Positions 39,268-51,813 of a stretch of DNA of 64,000 nucleotides are shown one piece after another. Positions within the stretch are counted from its first letter, which is position 1; each line of letters starts with the position of its first letter. Origin of the DNA: Antedon mediterranea (taxonomy: Eukaryota > Animalia > Echinodermata); NCBI RefSeq assembly GCF_964355755.1, contig NC_092678.1, positions 7,890,422 through 7,954,421 on the forward strand, read 5' to 3'. The position numbers were made by a program, and so were the translations under genes. A model generated the notes under the pieces. The model saw only the letters and a program-made list of their open reading frames with translations. It searched no databases and was not told the origin of the DNA.

Positions 39268-42038
39268 TTATGGAGAATCTGCTTCGAACAACACCACCAA
39301 CTTAGTAATTGGTCTCTTCAGTTCAGATGTGCTTGTCTTGAGCTTCACTGCTCTAACATAACCTTTCTCATCAGGGTATACCTCCACCACTCTGCCCATT
39401 GGCCATTGTCCTCTTGGTGAGTTGTTGTCGCATATCAACACAATTTCTCCTACATTCACATTTTTTCTCTGGTGAAACCATCTCTGTCGTTCCTGAAGTG
39501 TTACCAAATATTCCTTGGACCAACATCTCCAGAAGAGATTTGTTAAATACTGAATTTGTCTCCATCCCTTTACTAGTTCCTTTCTTTCGAACACGCCTGG
39601 TTCCATGGATGTTTGCTTGTTTCCCACAAGAAAGTGGTTAGGTGTTAATGGATCTTTATCTAATGGACTGTCTGATATAATCGTCAACGGTCTGCTATTG
39701 ACAATTCCTTCAACTTCACAAAATACTGTTGGAAGTCCTTCGTCATCTAGCTCCATTGGTTGCTCCTTCAGAACACTATATAAGACCTTCCGAACAGAAC
39801 GAATCATTCTCTCCCATGTGCCACCGTAGTATGAAGCGGAAGGCGGATTAAATTTCCAGTCTATATTTTGTCGAAGCATATTACTCTGGATTTCCCTTGG
39901 GTCGAGCTCCTTAATTGCCTTTTTCAGCTCATTCTTGGCACCAATGAGGTTTGTTCCATTGTCTCACATTATCATGCGTATTGGGCCTCTCCTTGCGGTA
40001 AAACGTCGAAGAGCATTGAGGCAACTAGTGGTCGTCAATGAGTGAGATACTTCCAAGTGAATTGCTCTAGTTTTCAAACAGGTAAATATTACTCCATATC
40101 TCTTATGTATAGTTCTTCCCCTTTTTATATCGAAGGGTCCAAAGTAATCCATTCCAGTATGTGAGAATGGGTTTTCACCAACAGTTACTCTACAACTCGG
40201 CAGGTCGGCCGTTTTCTGGTTTTCCGCTCTTCTGTGGTACCTTCTACATAGTACGCATTTGCTGATTAATTTCCTGGTAGCAGAGACCACTTGAGGTATC
40301 CAGTATTTTTTCCTCAGGTGCGTTATGATTTGGTTTCTACCACAATGGCCAAGATTTCTGTGCATCTCTCGTATTAGTAACTGGGAAACATGAGAGTTCT
40401 TAGGCAGGATCATTTGGTGTTTAGACGAACCCAACTCTGCTCTTCTCAAAGCGACCTCCTACCATTAGGACGCCATTTTCCAAAACGGATCAAGTTTTAC
40501 TAATGGACTTGATTTCTTGATTTGATTACCAGCTTCCAATGATTTAATCTCTTCTATGTAACTCCTTCTTTGAACATTTCTTACGAGAGACACTTCAGCT
40601 GCTTTTAGTTCGGATACCGTCAGATATTTTCTATCTACATCCTTCTTGCGAAGAACCTGTTTTAACTTTATCATCCAGGCGGTGGCTCTACGTAGGCGAC
40701 TCCAAGATGAATAGTGTTTCGCCAAGGTTTGTAATGTATCAGCATAAGGCAAGACTGGGCATGCAACCTTCTTGACTTCAGGATCATCTATCTTCAAATT
40801 ATGGCTACCTTGAATTTGTTGAGGCCACTGGTTTGTTTCCTGCCAGAGGAATTCCGGCCCTCGAAACCACATTTTCTCATTTTCGATTTTTCCTAGTTTC
40901 AGTCTTCTTGAGGCGATGTCAGCAGGGTTATCTTTAGTACCAACATGTCTCCATTGACTCGTAGTAGATCCTTCTTGTATTACATTTAGTCGATTAGCAA
41001 CAAAGGTACTGAATCTTGTACTCACATTGTTAATATAGTTGATCACCAACATGCTATCAGTCCAGAAAAGGATATCGTCAAAGTTGTAATCTATTTCAGA
41101 TTGGATTAAGCTTGCACTCTTAACCGCCAATGTCGCTGCTGTAAGCTCAAGTTGTGGTATTGTCATTCGCTTGAGTGGTGAAACTCTTGAACGGCTATAC
41201 AGATTGTTGCAGGTAATGGCTCCATCTACTACACATCGTACGAAGGCGACTATTCCGTAACCCCTTTCACTAGCGTCTGCGAACATATGGAGTTGACATG
41301 GTCTCTTTGCACAATTAAAGTTAACGCATCTTGGTATCTTGATGTTAGAAATAAGTTTTAATTCTTCCAACCAGGTCTGCCAGCGTTTTTTTATTTTCCC
41401 GTCAATGGGTTCATCCCAGCCTTTGTTATCTCGCATTACTTCTTGAAGTAATATCTTCGCCGGTAGGATAACTGGTGCTATTAAGCCCATTGGGTCAAAA
41501 ACAGAACTGATTGTAGATAAGATTCCTCTCCTTGTGACAGGTTGCTCTCTGGTTGGAGCTTCGAAATATAAATAATCTTTTTCTGGATGCCATTTAATGC
41601 CTAATGCTCTTTCACATGGTATGGTTTCTTCATGTAGATTTAATTGACTGAAGTTCCTTTGACCGTTCAGATTCTGGTATAGTGTTTATTACTTTCTTTG
41701 AATTGCTGGTCCATTTTGTCAAACGAAATCCTCCATCTTGGCATAGTATTCTCAGCTGCTTAATAAGTTCCACTCCTGTCTCCGGATTCTCAACACTCTT
41801 TAACAGATCATCTACGTAGAAGTTACGTAACAATGTTTTCTTGGTGTTTTCTTGGATTTCTGAAATAGAACAGTCGGCTGCTGTCTGTTGTAGTGCCTTA
41901 TTTGCACATGAGGGTGACGAGGTTGATCCGAATAGGTGCACGGTCATTCTATATTCTACGGGAGTAGCATAAATGTTTCCATTTGGGAACCATAGAAATC
42001 TGAGGAAGTTTCTATCACTTTCCGGTACTTTTACTTGG
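39268..42038 (-). pseudogene. pol: BEL/Pao #2 pol 3' half: RT, RNase H, integrase, with stops and frameshifts
   Basis: HLFGSTSSP, NFYVDD, FADAS, LELTAA, WTDS, DYFGP, WERMIRS, LTPNHFL, RPITKL. Confidence 0.92.
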
Positions 42039-45000
42039 TTTTTTTTTTAAATTTATTTATTTATTACGGTATATATAAAATTACAAAAACAATAGCACAT
42101 AGCTAATAACGTTTGTATTACAATAAAAAATATTGAAATGAAATCTATAAAAACTACAATAATAAATTCGGAATATACAATTACAAAATTTCACAATTAT
42201 TCACTAAAATTTAAAATATTAAGAATCTTAAAATATATACAAAATTTTGGAAAATACAATTGCACTTTTATTTTTAAAAAAACCGAAAAAATTTACATTA
42301 TAATATACTAAAACCTATCTGCACTGTTCTTTATTTTATTATTATTATTATCTTTTAGTATAGGTGGCAACATTGCACAATTATTCACTAAAATATTCAC
42401 AACATTAAAAATCTACAAAAATATATTAAATTTCGGAAAATAAAAGTTTACAGTATATATTAATATTAAACGTTGTCTGCAGTGCTCAAAATTTGATTAA
42501 TTTAGGCGGTAATATTGCACAATCATTTATTATATATTTTCTAAAATTTAATTTTTCACAGGAGGAATTTAATTTGTTTATAATATAAAGGGAATCGTTG
42601 AATTTTTATATCGGTTAGTTTTTATTTTAGGTAATGTAAATCTATTGGGGTTACGTAATCTAGATATATTAGGTCTTTCAGCAGGCTGCATATTACGATG
42701 TCTCTCTGACTTAAGGATACCTTCTCCAAATTTTAATGTTAATTTTTCTCTACGTTCAGCAAGGCTGGTAATTTTAAGTTGAGTAAGGGCCGTATCATAG
42801 CTCTCATAGTCCTGGCCAAGTATAATTTTGCATGCTCGCTTTTGCAACCTCTCAATTTAATTGGTCTGATGTTTTGTAATGCTAGAGTGCCAAACAACAC
42901 ATGCATACTCAGTCAGCGGCCGAATATAGAGTTGATAAATACTTAACATGTCACCAATAGGTGCACTATATCCTCTCAATGCATAAAGAAGAAACATTCT
43001 TCTACTTGCTCTAGAGATAATACTTTTGATTTGGATATCCCAACCTAAATTGTCTTGTAGCTCAAGACCTAATAATTTCATATTATGTACAGTATCAATT
43101 TTTTCACCACTTTTTTTTTTTCTCTTTTGTGGCGCAAACACCACTTTTATTCACATTCATATTATCTCATATTACATAAAATCGTATTATTTAACTTGTA
43201 AATGTCGTTACAGTTCATAAGTAACATTTTTACATATATGAATTCTGTATTACTCCCTTTTTCATTAATTTTCGTATATTTTGTTATACACTTGACAGGA
43301 TCATCATTATCATCTATCCCGTTTTAAAATAGTTCACACATTTTCATTTGTTTGTTTTCATTTTACAACCCGGATTATACAATATATTTATATACATGAT
43401 AAAAAAAAACCAATAATAGCTCAGTACCACCAGTAACCCGTATCACTGTAATTCTTTTTCGGTTAATCGTATCCAATTAAAAATTATATTATCATAATCT
43501 TATTTCTTAAAGCTACCCATTTTTCTATACTTGTTTCTTTATTGTTATATGTTTCACATTCAATGTTATATAACATATTGATTTTAAATGAATTCCATAA
43601 AGATTTACCCACTGGCTTATTTAGTGCAGATAACATTTTTATTCTATAAATAGTAAATGCTGCAAAAGTGTAAATATAATCTATTAGCTTATCTCCCGTT
43701 CCTAGTATTAATTGTTTAAATGATATATTATTGTGATTTAAACTTACAAAGATACTAAGCATTTTCCTCCAATATTTCTGAATAAATCTACAACTAAAAA
43801 ACAAATGATTTTCATTTTCAATTTCTCCACATTTGTCACACGTTTGTGTTTCCTTAACTTTCCACTGATACAGCCGTTTGTTGGTAGGCAGTATTCTATG
43901 TAACATCTTATAATTGAATTGTGCTAGTTTCTTATCTTTCATTTTACATACTTTCCGTAACCAAGAAGTTTTCCAATCAATGTTGTTATCATTGAAGTAC
44001 TCTTCCCATTTTAGTTGTGACATTGGAATAATGAAATATTCTTTCACAAACCATGAGTATATTAGTTTGGTAGTATTAATCTCATACTTGGTCCCAACTA
44101 ATTCATCATTATCATCACAATTGAAAATATCTACCTCCTTAATAATACGTTTCCATTGAATTGGTATTGCCTTAATAAAGCACAAATACTCATTTAACCA
44201 GTTTGTTTTACATTGTAGTTTCACCAGTATTTCGTTTGATGTTAAAAAAGTGTTCTTATTAACAATGTCTTTAATACTGATAATGCCACTGTCAATCCAA
44301 TGCTTGTAGAAAAGCGATTTTTTTTTTAGTTTAACGTAGTGGTTTCCCCACAGTTGCTCATTCATTATATCGTTATAAGTTTCAGGTTTTTTTTTAGAGA
44401 TTCTGTTATAATTTATGTAGGCTTTTATCATATTTTTGTAAAACAGTGGAATTTTATCAGAATTAACATCAATAATGTTATAACATGACATATTAAGTAA
44501 AACATTAACATCACATATTTTTTTAATATAATACATTGGAATATTTTTCCATTTAGCACCATCATCATTCATAATTCTTTTTAACCAGCCACACATGAGT
44601 GCGTTAACATGAAGAGTAAAATCAGGCATTTTAATGCCTCCCATCTCAACATCACCAATTAGAGTTTTTCTTTTTATCTTTTTCCTTTTATTGTTCCAAA
44701 TAAAATTATATATTAGATTTGTAACTTGTGTATATACATATTTTGGAACATCAGTGATACTTGCAGCATATGTTAATTTAGATAGTGCAAGAATTTTCAG
44801 GATTATTATTCTACCAAAAATTGAGAGATTTCTAGCATTCCATTGTTTTAAAGTCTTTTCTAGCTCTATTAATTTAACATCCCAGTTTTTTCTGGTACAT
44901 TCTTCTGTATTATACCCTACATATATGCCTAAAATTTTGATCGGGTGTTTTACCCAATTTAATTCTAAAGGTCTATCTATTCTGTTCTTCCATTTACCAA

Positions 45001-47320
45001 TCCAAAAAGCATTGTTTTTTTTTTATTTAGTGTCATTCCAGATACTTCACAAAAACGTTCAATTACACTGACTGCTGACTTAATACTTTTGTCATTACCA
45101 ACATACAAAACAGTATCCTCGGCTAATTGGCTTATTCTAGCTTCTATGTTATTTTCATTATTTGGAAGTTTAATACCCTTATAGTCATCTTTGTTTCTTA
45201 TTCTAGATGCCATTACTTCAACCACTAAAATGAATAACAGAGCAGATAGAGGACAACCTTGTCTAATACCTCTTTCCATTTTAAAATTGTTTGAAACCCA
45301 ACCATTGTTAACTGTGACACATTCAACGTTATTGTATAATACTTTTACCCAGTTACAAAAGAACATTCCAAAGTTAAACTTTTCTAGAACATTGAACATA
45401 AAATCTCTACTAATAGAGTCAAAAGCCTTCTTAAAATCTACGGTAATTATTGCCCCTTCGATATCATTACACTCTGTATAATAAAGCAGGTCTTCTATTA
45501 ACCGAATGTTTTCACCAGCGAAACGGCCTTTTATATAACCTTTTTGGTCTGAACTTACTATTGATTTAATAACCATTTTAAGTATGTTACTTAATACATG
45601 TGCAAGAATTTTGTAATCGGTGTTTAAGAGGGTAATGGGACGCCAATTATTCAAATTTTCTCTTTCTCCATCCTTGAACAAAAGGGTGATTACACCTCGT
45701 TTTTGCGAAAAGGATAATTCTTGAGAATTATAACTTTCATTTAACGCATCGCAAATTAAATGTTTAATATTATTCCAAAAGAACACATAAAATTCAACAC
45801 TTAGACCATCCGATCCAGGTGTTTTATTTTTTTCCATCATTGAAATGGCCTTTTTACATTCATCAATAGTGACGTAACCTTCACAATTTTCTTTTTCTAT
45901 TTCTGAAAGCTTGTTTATAATAGAATTACAAAGGTATTTATTAATTTTTCCAGGGTTTATAACATTTTTTGCGTATAAACCTTCGAAATGTAATTTTTTC
46001 ACCACTTATAGTAAATTGGGGGTAGTTTATTTGGGATTTCATAAAATTTATATTAATAACATGGCACTTCGAAGGCTTGGGTAGCATGTCATTTTGTTTA
46101 CACCAACAACTCAAGGAATCTAAATGGGATTGAAGTTCTGATGATGTACTATTATTTTTTATATTAATTATTTCTCCCAGTGTTAGATCATCCACAAATT
46201 TCCAACGATTATCAGTGGTGTTACCCGCATCATTCACCATAACGGTAAATATGCTGGGTCCCAGTTTGGTACCCTGGGGGACCCCACACGTTATAGTTCT
46301 TAGTCCAGAACAATGTCCCTTAAATTTCACACACTGGGTGCGATTCATCAGAAAACTGCTAATCGTTGGAATTATCGATGGTCTAACACCAGATTCTATC
46401 ATCTTTGAAATAGCAACATTATGGTTTATCCTATCAAACGCAGTTGTGAAATCAACTGTACATAATGTGGCGTAGGCCCCTGGCACATCAATATTGGATA
46501 TAACCGTATTCAACATATCTACTAAGTAGTGTGTTGTACTAGTTCCTCTCACGTTACCATACTATTTACAATCCAATACTGGTTCGAAATCCGTTTTTAA
46601 CCATCCCGCTAGGAATGATTCAAATACTCTACCCAATATTTTAGTTAGTGAAATAGGTCGTAATTGGCCAACCATTGTCGGTTTTTTAACTTTAGGTACT
46701 GGTACAATTGATGCCGTCTTCTACACAGTTGGAAACACCCCTTCGTTTAGACAGTTATTAAAGATTAAAAACAGGGGTTGTGCTATTTCAAAAGAAAACA
46801 GCTTAATGAGTTTCACCGGAATATCATCTGGGTGGCCAGATTTATTGGAGTTTAATTTGTTTAAACTCTTCCAAATTTCTCCATGGTATATTTTGGGGGG
46901 TGGTTTTGTAGGCAAGTACGAAGGAAGTGTTTCCAATCTGAGTGGTGGAAGCTGGCAACATACTCTTGAGAAATGTTCATTAATTTGTTCAGCCTGTTCT
47001 TCAACAGATTCACCATAATTATTTAATTTAACATTGTCTGACTTATTGTTATATCCTGTAATGTTTTTAATTGTTTTATTCCATTTACCGGGTTGTGCAT
47101 TTTTTAGTCCTTCTATATTATCCTTATAATGTTTCTCTTTAGCTTTGTTAATTTCATACTTTACTTTGTTTCTTAGGCTTCGCCATAAATTTATATTATT
47201 AGATCTATATGCCTTTTGTCGCTCATCAATCAATTTATGTATGCGATAGTTCATCCACGGCTTTTCATTATTTCGTCGTCGAATTACTTTTTGCGGAAAA
47301 TGTTCTTCGTATTTTTGTTT
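42039..47320 (-). mobile_element. CR1/L2-group (Daphne-like) LINE, 5'-truncated, nested in BEL #2 RT
   Basis: LRPISLT, GVPQGTKLGP, KFVDD, EYACVVW, QKRACKIILG; A-tail at 42039-42048. The host frame is restored as EKMFY|QVKVP with no clear TSD. Clade assignment is tentative. Confidence 0.85.
43113..45991 (-). mobile_element. Tx1/L1-clade LINE, 5'-truncated, nested in the CR1/L2 LINE
   Basis: KTPGSDGL, WRPITLLNTDYKI, DFKKAFD, GIRQGCPLS, QLAEDT (degenerate ADD), C-terminal CDKC..H..C. Poly(A) at 43113-43121. 16-bp TSD aattttttcaccactt at 43097-43112 and 45992-46007. Confidence 0.93.
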
Positions 47321-49898
47321 TAGAACATCTTTTCCACATCAGCAATTATGGCAACTTCTTCTTCCCTGAAACGGAGTAGCACCCCCAATAGGTTGCTAGT
47401 CAGGTTTGGTCCGGGTAACAAAACATCATTAAGAGCTACTCCCTGATATCTTGCTCCACAGACGAAAACCACTCTTAATTTCCCAGGTTTCTGGGGATTG
47501 TAAACGCCATGGTGAGGGATATACCATTTGTGTCCATCTTGTATAATTTCGTCAGGTGGTACTCTCTCTGCATATCCCTTGGTTAGCAATTCATCCATGT
47601 AGTTGATGTATTCCATTGCATATGGTTTATCTGCCTTCAGACGACGACATAATGACTCTAGTCGTTTGACTGCTTGTAGTCTGTTGTCAGGCATGACCAC
47701 TTCATTGCGTCTAAAGGGAAGGCTAATTGTAAAGTGATTGTCGGGTCCCTTCACTATGCTTTCGTTTAATTTCCTGAGGAATAATTTATCTTCAACAGAA
47801 TGGTTTTGTGTAAGATCCAAACCACTTTCTGGGAAGTCAATCTCGGTGCTCCTTTTTACTAACTTCTCCAACGTGTCGTAAGTAGACTTTTCTACATTTC
47901 TTCCAACGATGTTTGCTGGGTATGGGTGACTACTTTCGTGGTTACCAATCAAGTTCCAAACGATCCACCTCAGGTTAGTTCTGGTTGCATGGGGAGCGTC
48001 GATAGGTCCTGTTTTTACTTCCAGAGGTGTATAAGCACTTGCTACACCCATGCCTATCAGTAGACCCACTTCTTTACCCTTATCTATCTGGGGTATTTGT
48101 ACGCCTTGTAAATGTGGCCACTTGTCGATGTCCGATTGTTTAGGAAAGTGTGCCTTCTGAATAGGTAAGTTGCTCTTAGTATATGCAGTGTGTATAACAG
48201 TTTCCATATTTCTGTTGTCTAGGGAAGTTACCTTTAGTCCCTTTACCGCCTTTGTTGTTAATCGGTACGTAGACCCCATCGTGTCAATGGTGATACATTC
48301 ATTCCTTCCACCAACGCCAAGTTGTTTTACGAGTGCCTCTGAGCAAAACGAAATGGTGCTCCCTGGATCTAGAAAGGCGTATGTTTCTACTTGGTGTGAG
48401 CATCCAACGCTTACGCGAACTGGGATCACCGCCAAGGCACATTCTCCTTGATTTATCTTGGCACACGCAGCTTGCAGTTGGTTAGGCTGCTTATCGTTAT
48501 TCTTGTTTGTCGTTTCAGTGTTGACAACTGGGTCTTGGTGGAGCGTGGTTGGGTGCCTCCTCTTACATTTGGTGCACGTGTGGCGACTGTTGCAATGTTT
48601 AGCCAAGTGACCAGTAGTTAAGCAGCCGTAGCATAATCTGTGTTCTTTAATGTAGGTTAGTTTCTCTGGTCTTTGCAGGTTGTCGAATTTCCTACATTCT
48701 TCTATTCTGTGTGCGCCTTTACTGCAGTAAAGACAGTCTCTTTGTACTTCAACTGCAGCATAAGCTCCCTTTGGTCTATGTGGTGGTTTGCGCTGAGATA
48801 CCTTTTCGTCTTTAATGTTCCCAAACGTAGGATTACTAAGAATCCTGGACTGTTTTTCTACGAATAGTACAAAGTCGTCAAATTGTACCCTTCTGGTTTC
48901 TTGAATAAGGTCTGTTTTGGTCCTCCATTTGTCTCTCATGCGGTAAGGCAGTTTCAACGTGAGGGTCTGTATGCTACTTGTATGATTTAATTCTTGTAAA
49001 TGATCGAGACTGGAAATGGAGTTCTTACATTCGATAAGTAGTAATGAGTATCTGGACAAAGAATCTTTATCCTCTGCCTTTATCTCAGGAAAGTCCTTTA
49101 ATGATGTAATATAGGCATCCGCCAATCTGAATGGATTACCGTATTTATCTATTAGCGCCTGCTTCGCTTGTCTAAAGCCTTTTCCAGGATCCATAGCTAA
49201 ATAGCTCTTGACCAGATTATTCACCTCACCAGTTGTATATTGTTCTAAGTAGTACAGTTTGTCTCTCTCGCTGCGAACCTTGCCTTCCACCTCGTGCTCA
49301 AAGGCTCTCTTAAATCGTCCATAATCCATTGGGTTGCCGTCGAATTTTGTAAGTCCCCTTTTAGGTAGACTTGTTTGTATCAACCATTGGGACAGTACTT
49401 CTCCCTGTTTTTCAATCAAATTCTGTAGTAGTATATTATGGTCTGTTCAACGGCTGGAGTAGGTGTAATCGGGTAAGGTGCAGAGCTTATTTCGGGTTTA
49501 GGTGTAACTGTGGTCTGATCTGTAGTTGGGTTTGCCCTTGGAAACCATGGTGTTGCATTAGGTGATAGTGTAGGTGGTACTGGTTCTAAGACAGGCTGTA
49601 CCGCTTCGTTTAATGAGTCAAGGTATTGACTAACCTTATCGACCGCATCAGTATTTGGTACCTGAGGTGTATCGTCAGCCGTAATGGAGAATCGTTCTAG
49701 CTCTTTGTCCAAGGAATCTGAGCGGGCTTGTGCTACGGCTAACTTACCCTCTTCTTCTATTTGTTCAAGTTCTAATCTTTTCTGTAAGGTCTTCTTATTA
49801 TATTGAGCTCTCACCTTAGCAACCGCCAATTCAGCTCTTGCTTCTGCTGCTGATATCTCTAATTGGCTACTTCTAGTCGAACTCTGTGTGCTTGACAT
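47321..49898 (-). pseudogene. gag: BEL/Pao #2 gag-protease-RT N-half, frameshift at about 49420
   Basis: MSSTQSS start at 49898; KLYYLEQYT, three Cys/His knuckles, YAFLDPGS, WYIPHHGV, KLRVVF, LLRFRE. Confidence 0.92.
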
Positions 49899-49913
49899 TG
49901 TCAAGTTTCGAAA

Positions 49914-50729
49914 TGTTAACAGGTGTACAGGATAAGTCAGGCAGATAACAACAATCACGATGCTCAGTAATAAATCTATCAAAGTATCTTTATTCTTTTT
50001 TCTTTCTTTCTTTAATTTGAGTATGGTCGAGGATTGAGAGGTTTCTAAACAATGATAAAAACAATGACAAACGTAATTAGCCTAAACTGAGGAATCGAGC
50101 TGATCCCTGTTGTCATGGCAACCGTAACTAGCTGAACAGCGTGTGCTCCATGCATCCATGCACCGAGTGGTGGCTAGGCTAAATTGACCAACGTCAACTA
50201 TATAGGCCTACTATAATACAATATTATGATCGCTGACGGTAGCTTATGCTACTCAGCCTATAAACGTTAACAATATAAAGATTTAACAAACAATAATATG
50301 TCGGCATAACGCCATCAACAAGTTATATAATGAGATCATTCTCAATTTCAATACTGAAGAACAGAGAGACGACAAGCCGTCACCATGATGAACCGCTAGT
50401 CGTTAATTAAAGTTAAATTAACACAGGCCTAGTGATCAATTATTACAATCAGAAAAAACGTACCGAAACTTCTGAATCTTCCTAGTACACTTGAAATCTT
50501 CCTTTATCTATTAACAATATTATCTTAAAGTATCTATCTAGTTTCCCTATGAAACTATACTTTAAACTACACTTTGGATGTTTAGTTCCCCTATAGAACT
50601 ACGAAACCATCTTTAACACATGGGTTTTTTTTGCCATCCTCCTCCGATCATTTCGAAGATTATCGCTAGAGGGCTAATCTAAAATAATTATCTAGCGCCC
50701 TCATCTATATGTATCTTATGAACTTTACA
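49914..50729 (-). repeat. 5' LTR of BEL/Pao #2
   Basis: Near-identical to 38302-39116, with about a dozen differences counted by eye. Confidence 0.95.
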
Positions 50730-51320
50730 TAACTCATAAGCTGACAAAACAGCATTTTTAACCGCATCATAGCTTTCAAATTGATCATCAGCCAAAGCAG
50801 AAAATACCTCTTGGGCTTTACCCACAAGAGCAGTTTGTAACAACACAGTCCAGTGTCTAGCAGGCCACTTTAATCTATTAGCAATTTTCTCAAAAGCTAA
50901 AAAATATGTCTCTACCTCGTCCTCATTAAACTTGGGAACCCATTTAATATTCTGAGTAATCTCTGAATCATTAGGTGTAGAAACCCGTGTGGTGTGACCC
51001 ATTTGGTTAGCTAATTCTAATTTCCTTAACTCAAATTCATGTTTTTCTTTTTCCATTTCTCTTTGAGTTTGCATCTCTAGAATCTCTATTTTTCTTCTTT
51101 CAAAACCTCGACCTCATTCCCTGCAGTTTTTACTGATTCATGAGTAATTAAACCAACATGACTTCCAATCACATTTATCAAGTCATATTTATTCATGGAA
51201 TCATTTATAGATGCTCCAACCCTAGTACCTAGGAGTCGCAAACGCTCCTCTGATAGCTGAGCTACCACCTCAATGGACATGCTATCCAAAAATTCCTCGT
51301 CAAAATCACTTTCTGACATA
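50730..51320 (-). pseudogene. gag: Gmr1 gag N-terminal part, in-frame stop near 51086
   Basis: VPKFNEDEVETYFLAFEKIA...WTVLLQTALVGKAQEVF...YDAVKNAVLSAYEL continues at 38296. Confidence 0.85.
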
Positions 51321-51658
51321 GTTTCTATTTGAAACAAACAAACAAAAACACAGGTTAAAATAATAACCAATATGACGATAATTAAGGCACCAGTAATAAA
51401 TTACCTGCCAAGCCCACACAGTATTAACCCTACCGTGCGCCGTGGTCTCAATAACTAGACCCCTAAAATCAAAGCCAAACCGACGTCTAGTATCACAGGC
51501 AAGCCTACACAAGCCTAAAACAACAACATAGTGTACTGGCTCGACGACCGCCAAACCCCGTTCGTTATAAAACGCCTCTAAACCTAAAACGACCAGCTTA
51601 GAATAAACAACTAAAATTACCATCAGTTCGATCTACAACTACAATTCCGTACTTTGTT

Positions 51659-51675
51659 CTCGGATGACCCCCCAA
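51659..51675 (-). promoter_or_regulatory. degenerate tRNA-Pro primer binding site of the Gmr1 element
   Basis: Minus strand TGGGGGGTCATCCGAGA versus canonical PBS-Pro TGGGGGCTCGTCCGGGA (14/17), directly after the 5' LTR. Confidence 0.7.
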
Positions 51676-51813
51676 TTTGTTACGGGCTCGCTCGTTAGGC
51701 TGAAACCAACAATAAGAACATATCAAAACACGTTGTAGTTGTCGTCCATCTTTTTTCATCTCTTCACTTTACTCTAGAGGGCTCACTTCCATGTGACAAA
51801 CCCATCACAGCAG

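Larger units (their letters stand above)
38302..50729 (-). mobile_element. BEL/Pao LTR retrotransposon #2 nested in Gmr1 gag
   Basis: About 815-bp near-identical LTRs at 38302-39116 and 49914-50729; 5-bp TSD TAACT at 38297-38301 and 50730-50734. The host frame is restored as AYEL|VPEAYRQKFR. Confidence 0.95.
33982..51809 (-). mobile_element. Gmr1-like Gypsy retrotransposon (PR-IN-RT-RH order) nested in BEL #1
   Basis: Short LTRs at 33982-about 34105 and 51678-51809; 4-bp TSD GCAG at 33978-33981 and 51810-51813. The host frame is restored as DPGSS|ISFISDELL. Confidence 0.93.

Noticed and set aside
49899-49982. Signal-peptide-like N-terminus on BEL #2 gag (MIDLLLSIVIVVICL)
   Set aside because: Derived from an alternative start inside the LTR. 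The ATG at 49898 matches the BEL #1 gag start style.
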